From Rebecca billardiae RCC1528 (Eukaryota; Protista; Haptophyta), in the NCBI GenBank assembly GCA_965240325.2, contig OZ251222.1:558001-622000 (forward strand): a stretch of 64,000 nt of DNA, read 5' to 3'. Under the pieces are notes generated by a model. That model was not told where the DNA came from and did not search any database. It saw nothing but the letters and a program-made list of their open reading frames with translations. The position numbers and the translations under genes are program-made. Numbering within the stretch: position 1 is the stretch's first letter; the number at the start of each line of letters is the position of its first letter. Below, piece by piece: positions 23,586 to 32,712 of the stretch.

Positions 23586-24899
23586 TTAAATGGCGAAATT
23601 AAGCTGGTTCTGTGAGACCTCCATCATCACATCGTGGAGCGCCCAGGCATGCCACTTGAAAGATGCCCCGCTGTTCGTGTCCGCCTCAAAGATGGCGTAC
23701 TCGGTATCGAGTCGGCGGCCGTCGAAGAGGATGTCGGACTGCGAGAAGGCGCTCGTGTTAAAGGCGATGCAGAAAGCCGCATCGTCAAAGGCCGTGCCGC
23801 TCACGCGAGAGGCATAATCGGCAATGCCGAGCGCGTTGAAGGCGCGAACGAGCTCAGCGCGCGTCTCTGCGCCGCCGTGGGTGGCAGAGACTGGCTGATC
23901 CGGCACGAGGGTAGAGCCGATGCGCAACTGCCACTTGGTGAGCGCCGCTCGCGTGCGAGTCGTGATGTCGCCACCAAAGGCGTTCTCACTGGTATTCGGC
24001 ACCGCAGCCAGGATGATCATGTTGACCGAGGCCAGGCGGAACGGCAACTGCCAGGCCGTCGACGTGTTTGCAGCCACCGAGTGGGAGGCATGGAGGTAGG
24101 ACATCGATGGGATGTAGATCCGATCGAGCGAGCGAACCATCTTGGTGTAGGCACTATCACTAAGCATGACCATGCCGAGCTGCATCTTGACCGTCTCAAG
24201 CGTGGGGGAGGTAGTGCCTGGGTCGGCATCATACACGCCAAAGTCGAGCATGTTTGCCACATGGATGTCAACACGAAGGCCTTGGTGCAGCTCAGAGAGC
24301 GGCACCGCCTTACCACACAGAGCGCCAAACACGTACGCGAGTGGGAGGGTAACCGTCTTCCGGGCATTGTTGGCAATTGTCTCACCGGTTGTCGGGTAAA
24401 GCGCGCTCTCAACATCGGCGGCTGCATATGCGGCAGGCATCTCGTAGTCGGCACAGCCCAGCATGCTGCCGGTGGAGAAGCCCGAAGATGCGCCCGACTG
24501 GAAGTCGAGCAAGACATTGTGCAGCAGGCCTGCCTTGCCCGTGCTTGCGATCATCTGGCTGCCGTGGTAGGCGTCAATGCGCTCGATGCACGAGTATGCA
24601 GACCTTGAGAGCGTGAGAGGCTGGCCAGAGGTGTTGTGGATTGTAAACTGCAGGACTGTCTGCGACGGGTCCATCATCGCGCCGGGCGTGCCAGTCGGGA
24701 TATCGAATTGCATCACCTGGCCACTTGTGAAGCTAGACGACGGGCCTGCATATATCGTCGACCTCTTGTAGGCAGCGCCAACGGCGACGGGCTTGGGGTT
24801 TGAGAAGTCATAGTAGCTCGGAGCCGTCTCCTCCTGCTCGAGCACCATCGCGTCATCACCGCGAATATCGTTCGTCACACGCTTGCCGGCGTAAGCCAT
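23586..24899 (-). CDS. PLV major capsid protein (double jelly-roll)
   Basis: 437 aa, beta-rich. SSFTSGQVMQFDIP...MMDPSQTVLQFTI and KWQLRIGSTLVPDQPV fit the PLV MCP pattern; adjacent to mCP and ATPase. Confidence 0.85.
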   Translation of the reverse strand: MAYAGKRVTNDIRGDDAMVLEQEETAPSYYDFSNPKPVAVGAAYKRSTIYAGPSSSFTSGQVMQFDIPTGTPGAMMDPSQTVLQFTIHNTSGQPLTLSRSAYSCIERIDAYHGSQMIASTGKAGLLHNVLLDFQSGASSGFSTGSMLGCADYEMPAAYAAADVESALYPTTGETIANNARKTVTLPLAYVFGALCGKAVPLSELHQGLRVDIHVANMLDFGVYDADPGTTSPTLETVKMQLGMVMLSDSAYTKMVRSLDRIYIPSMSYLHASHSVAANTSTAWQLPFRLASVNMIILAAVPNTSENAFGGDITTRTRAALTKWQLRIGSTLVPDQPVSATHGGAETRAELVRAFNALGIADYASRVSGTAFDDAAFCIAFNTSAFSQSDILFDGRRLDTEYAIFEADTNSGASFKWHAWALHDVMMEVSQNQLNFAI

Positions 24900-24924
24900 A
24901 AGTACTATGGCCAGGAAATATTTC

Positions 24925-25659
24925 TTAAGAAATTTGGAATTTCAGGTTGACAGACCACTCGGCTCCATTCAGCTCCACCGGCTGCATGGTCTCGAGATCG
25001 ATCAGCTGGAGCTCGATATTTTGTATACTCCGGCGGTTGCACTGCAAAATGTCATTGTTCGCATCAGTGTACAGCACAGTCTGGCCGAACGGCTTGTCGA
25101 TGTGCACCACACATAAAATGTTGCTCGATGAGCCAGAGTTGGTCGAGTCTCTGCTCTTGACATCCAGCCCTTCGCAGGTGAGCGCAAAGCCTCGGCTGAG
25201 CAGGTCCACCACGCCGGGTGCCTCTATACTGCCGCTGGCAGGTATCACCAAGTCTGTGCGACAGAGGCCGAGCACGCGCGAAGCGCTGCTCGTGCCTTTG
25301 ATGGTGGTGTCGAAACCATGTGTCGTCGAGAATGTGAGCTTGCCAGTGGCCGAGTCGAAAGCAGCAGTCACGTTGATGCTAGACAATGCCGAGTTGATCT
25401 CTGTGACAAGCGTGCTAGCGGTATAATTCTTCGGGGTGAGCGTGAGCGTTGTGTCGCCCCAGTCGGAGGCGGCACCCACGCTATTATTCGAGCTGTCTAC
25501 GGCATAGCGCGTATTAGGCACACACAGGCTATCGACAGATACAAATATGACCTCATCGCTTGCCGCCATGATTGGGTGGCTCAGTGTGAAATTCACGCAG
25601 CTCGTCTTGGCTCGGCCCAGTGGGAACACATCGCCCTGACTTGTGTGCAGGTGCAGCAT
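24925..25659 (-). CDS. PLV minor capsid (penton) protein
   Basis: YAVDSSNN...LTLTPKNYTASTLVTEINSAL...FDSATGKLTF...IELQLID...VELNGAEWSVNLKF is a typical PLV mCP pattern. Confidence 0.8.
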   Translation of the reverse strand: MLHLHTSQGDVFPLGRAKTSCVNFTLSHPIMAASDEVIFVSVDSLCVPNTRYAVDSSNNSVGAASDWGDTTLTLTPKNYTASTLVTEINSALSSINVTAAFDSATGKLTFSTTHGFDTTIKGTSSASRVLGLCRTDLVIPASGSIEAPGVVDLLSRGFALTCEGLDVKSRDSTNSGSSSNILCVVHIDKPFGQTVLYTDANNDILQCNRRSIQNIELQLIDLETMQPVELNGAEWSVNLKFQIS

Positions 25660-25772
25660 GAATTAGTGCCGATATTATTTCATCATCGCTCGTGCCGAGC
25701 TTCTTGGAGATGTACCATGCCAATGCATCCTCTCGGCTGAAATCCAAAATATTCTCTGCTTGCATATAGAAG

Positions 25773-26102
25773 ATGGAGAATAAAAAGACACGCAGCGAGG
25801 CGCAGCAGCTGGCGACGGAGCGCATGCGCCTGAAACGCCAGGTTGTGACATATGAGACACATGCGGCCACATACACCAAGCTGGCAGAGGATGCGAAAGC
25901 CAAGCTCGAAGAAATCGGCGGCGAGGTCGGGCCAAAAGCACCCACACCCAGGCGCCCACCAAGCAAGACGCCGCCGAGCATTGTCAGGCAGCCGGTCGAA
26001 TCGATCGAGCTGGCAGGCGAGGAAGAGGTGACCCCAGAGGCGGTGACCCCGGAGGTGACCCCTGTCAAGACATCCCAAAAAAGAATCATGCGGTTTATAT
26101 GA
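25773..26102 (+). CDS. PLV hypothetical protein (coiled coil plus Pro/Thr-rich tail)
   Basis: 109-aa ORF whose stop overlaps the ATPase start (ATGA). Confidence 0.6.
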   Translation: MENKKTRSEAQQLATERMRLKRQVVTYETHAATYTKLAEDAKAKLEEIGGEVGPKAPTPRRPPSKTPPSIVRQPVESIELAGEEEVTPEAVTPEVTPVKTSQKRIMRFI

Positions 26103-26795
26103 TCAACGAGATCGCGCATCACATAGAGCTCCCGCTGCCTAGAATCAGTGCGGACAAGCCTCTAAAGCCAGGCCTGCCAGAGCCTCTCCCAAACACGAGC
26201 TTTCATTGGGGCGTCTTTGGCCCACCCCGTAGCGGCAAATCCAGCCAGGTAGTGGGCTTGATCACTGGGCCCTATAAACGAGTCTTTGCCAACGTAATCT
26301 TCGTGGCTCCTCGCACCTCGGTGGACAGCTTCCAAAATTCCCCGCTAGCCACGCTCCAATATGTGTACCACGAGCTGACGGCAGAGACACTTCAGAATGT
26401 GCTCAGCATTGCCGAGTCGAATATGCCTTTGCCGACGCTCCTTATTATAGATGATTTTGCTGCGTCACTAAAAGACCCAAATTTACAACGCCTGTATTCG
26501 CGTATCGTTCAGAACAGGCGACACTACAAACTCAGTATCATTGTTATATCACAGGGTTACATATCGGTGCCACTGACTATACGAAAATTATTCTCGCATG
26601 TGACCGTGTTCAAGCCCAACAATACCAAGGAGCTAGAGGCTCTGCGCTCTGAATTGATCATGATGCCTCGCTCAGACTTTGCTACAGTGTATCAAGTACA
26701 TTTTTGGCGATGGCGATCCGCACACTTTTTTATTTCTTAATGCAGACCATGGTACGCTCCACAGAGAGTGGAATAAATTATCATTACTATTATAG
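26099..26795 (+). CDS. PLV A32-like DNA packaging ATPase, with an apparent +1 frameshift near 26690
   Basis: Walker A GPPRSGKS, Walker B LLIIDD, RRHYKLSIIVISQ. The C-terminus continues in another frame as IKYIFGDGDPHTFLFLNADHGTLHREWNKLSLLL, with its stop at 26793-95. Confidence 0.9.
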
Positions 26796-27716
26796 ATGCA
26801 GGCCATACATCGCGAGCGATTCCTGCCGACCAAGACCACGCATTTTCGGCTCGAGGGCAAACCGTATGGAGGCTCCTTTCACAGCCGAGGGAAAGAATAC
26901 TGGAGCGGATCCGTGCCTACGCCGTCTTCGAGACGATTGACGTATTCGGCCGAGCCGATTGTGATGAAGCCGCTGATCAAGCCCACGAGACCGCCGCCCA
27001 CAAACCAGACGGCTGCAGTGGGCAGGCGAGTGCCTTCCATCGATTCCTTGCTCCCCTTTAGCGATGGTGTCAACGAATTTCGTGCTCGGCAGATTCGCCT
27101 GCCTACACGCGATGCGTCTGGTCAGGCCATGAGCAGACTCATAGTAAACAAGCAGCCTCTGCCTGTCTCCACAAGCGCCGTGCCAGAGCGGCGATCGATT
27201 GGTGTTGAGACGGACAGAGTCGTTCGGAACCTGCGGCCAGAGCAGCACTCTACAGGTACTCAGGCGAGCACCAAGAGACGCTCCATGGGTACTCAGGAGA
27301 TGCCTCCTCCGGCTGAACGCCCGGCGATTGGCACGCAGGCTGGCGGTCCAAAGAGAAGGTCAACTGGCACTCAGGGGGTGCCAGAGCGCCCGGCGATTGG
27401 CACGCAGGCTGGCGGCCCAAAGAGGCGTTCCATGGGCACGCAGGAGCAGCCATCCCAGCAGACGGCTGGCACCCAGGCCTCAAAACCGCTCTTCGGAAAT
27501 GAAGCGAGAGACCACCTTGACGACAACATCGATGCCATCATACTCATGATGCAGGCCAACCCGAAAGAATCGCGCACAGCTCTGAGCAAGATGCTGGCCA
27601 GAGATTTTAATGTATCTGAAAACGCGGCGAAGGCATTCCTCAAGGTCATCCCGTACGATCCCACACCTCGGTTCTCGTCGCCGTCGTCATCGTTCAGCCC
27701 GTCAAGCAAGCTGTGA
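26796..27716 (+). CDS. PLV hypothetical, largely disordered basic protein with tandem xGTQx repeats
   Basis: Seven GTQ units (HSTGTQA, RRSMGTQE, PAIGTQA, RRSTGTQG, PAIGTQA, RRSMGTQE, QTAGTQA) plus RRSIGVET. Confidence 0.7.
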   Translation: MQAIHRERFLPTKTTHFRLEGKPYGGSFHSRGKEYWSGSVPTPSSRRLTYSAEPIVMKPLIKPTRPPPTNQTAAVGRRVPSIDSLLPFSDGVNEFRARQIRLPTRDASGQAMSRLIVNKQPLPVSTSAVPERRSIGVETDRVVRNLRPEQHSTGTQASTKRRSMGTQEMPPPAERPAIGTQAGGPKRRSTGTQGVPERPAIGTQAGGPKRRSMGTQEQPSQQTAGTQASKPLFGNEARDHLDDNIDAIILMMQANPKESRTALSKMLARDFNVSENAAKAFLKVIPYDPTPRFSSPSSSFSPSSKL

Positions 27717-30700
27717 CGAACTCGTTCATTATTCGGTTGGCCCACTTGAGGCTCACGTCGTAGCCAGACTCGTCGACCATGATTTGCGCTGCCTTCCTTG
27801 CTGTGAGCGTGTCCCAATCATGTGTCCGAATAATTCGCTCAAAGTGTCTCCTTGGATCGAGCTTGTAGTGGCCCAGCGATAGGATCTCCAGCCCGTCCGC
27901 AGCCACGACACCCTTGTTGTACGAGTTTCGGAGCGCCACCTTCTCACGGCGTTCCATCCTCACCACATTCGAGCGCGGCGCAATCTGGTAGTATTCTACG
28001 TGTGTCTCCTTCTCGCGGAGGACGATATCGCGATAGTGACCATGTTGCAGTGCTTTCGTCACCACTTTGTATGGCACGCCCTTGTTCTTGCGCAGTTCTT
28101 TCTTTGTCGATCTGACCGAGTAACATTTCGGCGCGTTGCACACCACCTCGCAAATGCGGTCGTTGGCGAACTCGTCCTTGAAGTAGCCGACCACTTTCTG
28201 GTTCGAGGCATCGTGCATCGGGTTGCGCTTGTGGTAGCCATGCATATCAAGCCAGCGCGGCGCGAGCTCTTTCATCTTGTGCTTGTAATTCTTGTCGTTC
28301 ACCGAGAAGATGAAGGAATCGGTATCGGTCATGCACAGCTGGATGTTTGGAAGCGCCGGCTTGAGGCCATCGTACCAAAAGGTCTGCATGAGCAGCTTCG
28401 AGCTCTCGAGGATGAGCGCGCCCAATTGAACAGGAGTAGTCTTGAGGTAGCGCTTCTTGTCACCAGAGACGAGAAAGAGCGAGCCGCCGATATGCCTCGA
28501 GTACCGGCTGCGCGGGTCGAGGAAGCGCTTCTCCATCACACTCCCAGAGACGATGCCGGCATCCTGGTGGTGCAGCGTGCGCTCCATGGTTTTTCCAAAG
28601 CACGAGTTCGGGCCTAGTTTGAAGAAATTCTTCTCAAAGTCGTTTCTCGCCTGGGCGCGCAGCGCAGCCATCTGGTCGACATAGCCGCGCATCCACGGTG
28701 CTAGATGCATCTCTAGCACGCGATGGACCTTTGTCACGACAAAGCCGAGCTCGACTGCCTTCTGCAGATTCAGCACACTGCACACATAGTTGACACGTGG
28801 GTCGAGGTGCGCGATGAGCTTGCCGTCACGGTGTTCGGGCAGCGGGACAAAATCGTTGAGGTGCTGGTGCGTGTGCTCCGGGAAGTAGCCATCGATCTCC
28901 ACATACGCTCCGATGTCTCCTTGGAAATCGAGGTCGCCGGGGTCACTCGGTAGCCGCCCATACCGGGGGTCGTGCAGGTCAAAGTCCTCGGGCTCAACAT
29001 CCCAGGGCGCGCCTACTGGCATCTTGAGCTTCATCGCCCAGCCGTACAAGTTGTTCGCGTCAAAGTAGCCGATGTGCACGCCTCCTCCTGCCGTCTGCAG
29101 CTTGTGGCGCACATCTGTGTAGCCGCCGCGAATGCACTTGGAAGCAAAGTCCACGTCTCTCGAGTCTTGCCAGAGCTCGATCTTTTGCCCCGTGGTCTTG
29201 AGCATCGTCTTGAAGAAGGATTGCGGCGCCGAGAGAAACCAGCTCGGGTCCAGGCCAAAGTTGGTGTGAAAGAGGTGCTGGAAGTTGGTGAAGACGTCTG
29301 CCTGCCCGTGAACGTCGATAGCGAGGTACCAGTCGAGGAGGTCTCTCATCGTCTCCAGCCCGACCGCCGACTTGAGTTGCACGAGCTTGACGATCGCCTC
29401 ATCCTCGCCCGCCTCAAAGTGTTGGTCCTGGCCTGCGATACCGAAGCTCGATTTAAGCTTGGACAAGAAGAGGTCGGGGTATTTTTCGATGAGCGTGTCG
29501 ATGGGCGTATCCAGCTCGAGGTGCCACGGAATCTCGTAGGGGAAAATGCCCTTGCGCCGCGCGGCCTCGAATACGATTTCTGGGTCGAGTCCTCGGGCCC
29601 GCGCCCAATCGCTGGCAAACGAGCGCAAGTTCCGCATGTCCGCGGGGTCCAGGTTGTCTAGGAGCGTCTCCAGCGATTCTTTCATAAAGGCCATCGTGTC
29701 CTTGAAACAAAAGCCGCCGATAGTCAGCTGCTTGAGTCGCTGCGTGTTCTGGAGAATGATGTCGGTTTTGAGCGCTTTGGTGAGGCGCGTGCTCGCGAGC
29801 TCGCGCTCGAGGCTGGTGATTTGCGCAGTGTCATAGTTGTCTCCTCTTATTGCGCACGAGACGAGAAGCGCCTCCTGCGCCTCGATCCTTTTCTTGAGGA
29901 TCTCCGTTTTGCGGTTCTGCTTTATCCTGGCCATCTCGTTCATCAGCCCTTGCACCCGCTCGGAGCCGAGGGCCTGGATCAGGAAATTGGCGTCAAAGCC
30001 GGTGAGGTTGTGAAAGAATACTGGTACGCTCGCCATGAGATTCGTCGTGGATGCATGCAGGTTGCACTTTGTGCAGGCGGCGCCGCGATATGCGCCAGTG
30101 TAGTGGTCATGATCGAAATTTTTGGTCTCGCCGAATTCGCCGTCGCAGAGGTAGCAGCAGGTGGCACTATCGAAAGCCTGCTGGGTCTCGTGTGTGAAGG
30201 AGCGCTTCTTGAGCGCAGAGTGCCTGCTTGCAGTATCCAGGTAGCTCGGGTATGTCTCCAGCAGGTAGACCACCAGATCAATATGGCACTCAGGCCCGGT
30301 GAAGGTCACGTACTTGATGGCTCCGTCGCTCCAGGTCTCAATGAGGCCGACGGCATATGGCCTCATCTCACCGTCGATGGTCACGGTCTCGAAATCGGCG
30401 TGGATCACCAGCGGCTTGACGATCTGCTCGATGCCTCCCGTGTACTCGATAGAGGTCTGGTAATCTTTGCCGGCCGCAGCCTCGCGAGGCGTCATGTAGC
30501 TGGCTAATTTCTGCTCCTCAGTCTGAGCATCGTAGTTAACTGTCCACGAGTCATGGCACGTCTCCTGATGCTCATCTCGCTTGGCGCGAGCGTTGAACGG
30601 GAACTTTTTGAGACACAGCTCGCAGTAGATATAGGTGGTATTTGCGCAAATGGCATCGGCGGAGCGGCAGAAGACCCAGTGCTCCTTGTAGAGCCCGAGG

Positions 30701-31971
30701 GTCACCCGAGGCAGGTTGTGGAAATCCTGCGGCGTCGGCAGTCGCATCACCTGCGCCTGCCCACCGTCCTCGGGGAGGCGATAGGCTGTGATGGCCAGGT
30801 TGTTGGCGACCTCCCATGCGCGGATCTCACCGATGTCCACAGGGTAGACAGCACCCTCGGGCTCGGTCACGAGGAACTTCCGGTGGACGCTCGGCCGCTC
30901 GGGGTGGGCAACGCCGCTCTCCACAGCCTTTGCCGCCTGCAGCGCGGCCATGAAGCACTTGAGGTCTTGGTTCTTGGGGTTGACGATGCCCATCTTGGCG
31001 TTCGCCCACCGCCCTTCGAGCTTCACGTAGCTGCTCCCGGATGTCGCTCCGCGAGGCGTCACCATGCCGCTGGTTATCCACATTCGGCTGAGGGCGATTG
31101 GCTTGTCTGCGTAGATTGACTGCCGCTGCTCGAAGGCGTCTGTGATCATCTCGTTGACGAGGTCGATGAGCGGCTGCGGCTCCTGCTGCCAAACTGCTTT
31201 GCCAGCGATGGAGCGACTTGACTTCGAGATGGTGGGGTGCCCTCGTTCGATCATGCGGCGGTAGGCGTCCTCGGGCAGGCTCGGCATCTCGACCGCAAAG
31301 ACACCCTTGGTGCTCTTCACATGCAGCGTCTCGATGATGACCCTCACCTTGAGCCGACTCGATGCTCCGCGCATCAGCTCCTTCTCGATCGTCTCAGCGA
31401 CAAAGTCGTGGATTGCGCTTGTCAGATGCGACGGCATCTGGTAGAGCGCTTGCTCTCGCATGAGCAGAGGCGCCGTCGCCTCCACCTGCATCGAGATTGG
31501 CATGGTGAAGGTCGTCTCCTTGGTGATCTCCGGCCCATGCACAGCCACCCTGGTCATGCCATCATTCAGCATCTTGGCGGTGAAGCCGATCTGCTTGCGC
31601 AGCTTCCTCATGCCCTCCGATGTGCGAGGTAGTCGCCTCTTGCGCCCTTGGAGCATGAACTGCCCGCCGTCTTGGAGCTCGATGCCCATCGCCTTCAGCT
31701 CTGTCTCCATAGGCTGGTGCTTCTCAAGCCTCTCGAGCGTGCGGCGTAGCTGGTCCCAGCTCTTGCGCGTTCTGGGCATGCGCTTTCGCTTGCCCTGCAG
31801 CACGAAGGTCTTGCCATCGACGTTTGGCGTCAGGTTGAACTCGGCAAAGAGCCTCTCGAGACGGTCTCGGTCGAGCTCGTGGCGCGCGACGGCATGCCGC
31901 CTCATGGGCAGCTCGGGGTCGAGGAGTACCTGCTCGAGTTGGTTGCGGCGGTCAAGGTCGAGGATGACCAT
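27694..31971 (-). CDS. polB: Protein-primed family B DNA polymerase (Polinton type) with OTU-like N-terminal region and endonuclease-VII-like Zn insertion
   Basis: Exo motifs VIHADFET, FFHNLTGFD, YLAIDV. Pol motifs IRGG, YFDANNLYGWAM, KLGPNSCFGK, TDTDS, KNKGV. Insertion CYLC...DHDHYTGAYRGAACTKCN. Confidence 0.95.
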   Translation of the reverse strand: MVILDLDRRNQLEQVLLDPELPMRRHAVARHELDRDRLERLFAEFNLTPNVDGKTFVLQGKRKRMPRTRKSWDQLRRTLERLEKHQPMETELKAMGIELQDGGQFMLQGRKRRLPRTSEGMRKLRKQIGFTAKMLNDGMTRVAVHGPEITKETTFTMPISMQVEATAPLLMREQALYQMPSHLTSAIHDFVAETIEKELMRGASSRLKVRVIIETLHVKSTKGVFAVEMPSLPEDAYRRMIERGHPTISKSSRSIAGKAVWQQEPQPLIDLVNEMITDAFEQRQSIYADKPIALSRMWITSGMVTPRGATSGSSYVKLEGRWANAKMGIVNPKNQDLKCFMAALQAAKAVESGVAHPERPSVHRKFLVTEPEGAVYPVDIGEIRAWEVANNLAITAYRLPEDGGQAQVMRLPTPQDFHNLPRVTLGLYKEHWVFCRSADAICANTTYIYCELCLKKFPFNARAKRDEHQETCHDSWTVNYDAQTEEQKLASYMTPREAAAGKDYQTSIEYTGGIEQIVKPLVIHADFETVTIDGEMRPYAVGLIETWSDGAIKYVTFTGPECHIDLVVYLLETYPSYLDTASRHSALKKRSFTHETQQAFDSATCCYLCDGEFGETKNFDHDHYTGAYRGAACTKCNLHASTTNLMASVPVFFHNLTGFDANFLIQALGSERVQGLMNEMARIKQNRKTEILKKRIEAQEALLVSCAIRGDNYDTAQITSLERELASTRLTKALKTDIILQNTQRLKQLTIGGFCFKDTMAFMKESLETLLDNLDPADMRNLRSFASDWARARGLDPEIVFEAARRKGIFPYEIPWHLELDTPIDTLIEKYPDLFLSKLKSSFGIAGQDQHFEAGEDEAIVKLVQLKSAVGLETMRDLLDWYLAIDVHGQADVFTNFQHLFHTNFGLDPSWFLSAPQSFFKTMLKTTGQKIELWQDSRDVDFASKCIRGGYTDVRHKLQTAGGGVHIGYFDANNLYGWAMKLKMPVGAPWDVEPEDFDLHDPRYGRLPSDPGDLDFQGDIGAYVEIDGYFPEHTHQHLNDFVPLPEHRDGKLIAHLDPRVNYVCSVLNLQKAVELGFVVTKVHRVLEMHLAPWMRGYVDQMAALRAQARNDFEKNFFKLGPNSCFGKTMERTLHHQDAGIVSGSVMEKRFLDPRSRYSRHIGGSLFLVSGDKKRYLKTTPVQLGALILESSKLLMQTFWYDGLKPALPNIQLCMTDTDSFIFSVNDKNYKHKMKELAPRWLDMHGYHKRNPMHDASNQKVVGYFKDEFANDRICEVVCNAPKCYSVRSTKKELRKNKGVPYKVVTKALQHGHYRDIVLREKETHVEYYQIAPRSNVVRMERREKVALRNSYNKGVVAADGLEILSLGHYKLDPRRHFERIIRTHDWDTLTARKAAQIMVDESGYDVSLKWANRIMNEFVTACLTG

Positions 31972-32172
31972 TCTTACTCTGGCGCAGAAAATTTTCGTCG
32001 AAAACTAACGCACTTTTGGTCCGCCGCTGGCTCGGCCCCCAAGTCCTAAGTTTTTTCCGCGGATGGCGGGTCGGCGGCTGAGGGTCGGCGGCGGCCGCCC
32101 GGGATGCCGACATCGTCGCGCGAGCTCGGCCCAAGTCTTAAGTGCGGATCGAAATATGTTTTGGGGATGGTC

Positions 32173-32372
32173 GGCCTCTCTAAAGTTGAGACCCCCGAAG
32201 CTTCGCCCGTATGGTCGCCTTTTTTTTACTGGTGGGGGCGCTGGTCTGTCCTGGTGGTAAAACCCTGGCGGAGTGCTCGAAGTGGCCTCTAAAGTTGAGA
32301 CCCGAAGCTTCACCAGTAAAATCATGGTCGCCTCGCGAGTTTTTACTGGCGGGGCGCTGGTCTGTCCTGGTG
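32173..32372. repeat. Imperfect ~85-bp direct repeat pair upstream of pPolB
   Basis: GGCCTCT(C)TAAAGTTGAGACCC..GAAGCTTC..ATGGTCGCCT..TTTTACTGG.GGGGCGCTGGTCTGTCCTGGTG at 32173-32256 and 32284-32372. Confidence 0.8.
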
Positions 32373-32467
32373 AAAAGCGAGATCCGGAAAGCTTCGGCCT
32401 TGGATCACTGGTAGTTCTTGGCCGGCTCGCAAGCTTCGGCGGCCGCCCTCGGTTTGTCTTGGCGGGA

Positions 32468-32712
32468 TCGTAGCGCGCAGTGTATCGAAGTGGCGTCTAA
32501 ATTTTCGCTTGTGAAAGCATGGTTTTCAGCGCGAAAATCACCGGCATTTGCCAGTCTCGTTTCGGGCGGCAAACACCGGTGATTTCGGAGGGGCGGGCGG
32601 GATGGAGGGTGTGCGCGGATGCGCGAAAATGGCCTGCGAGTGCCGGCCATTTTGTGACGGCGCGGCGGCCGGGGGTAAACTGTCCTGGTGAGTAGGTAAT
32701 ACCTTCTCTCTC
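32468..32712 (-). repeat. Right terminal inverted repeat of PLV (245 bp)
   Basis: Reverse complement of 18993-19237. Confidence 0.95.

Larger units (their letters stand above)
18993..32712. mobile_element. Endogenous Polinton-like virus (PLV), complete, 13,720 bp
   Basis: 245-bp TIRs. Intronless, densely packed genes with visibly lower GC than the host: pPolB, A32 ATPase, MCP, mCP, lipase, GIY-YIG nuclease. Confidence 0.95.

Noticed and set aside
25553-25765. Minus-strand 70-aa ORF MQAENILDFSREDALAW in the PLV
   Set aside because: Has a plausible AT-rich start but overlaps mCP by ~107 nt in another frame and has no motif; it cannot be supported without homologues.
30040-30200. Intein or homing endonuclease in pPolB
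   Set aside because: No Hint splicing motifs; the EndoVII-like Zn module is a usual part of Polinton-type pPolBs.
18993-32712. Classification as a canonical Polinton/Maverick or a Lavidaviridae virophage
   Set aside because: No RVE integrase, no cysteine maturation protease and no primase-helicase; the 437-aa MCP and gene set fit a PLV.
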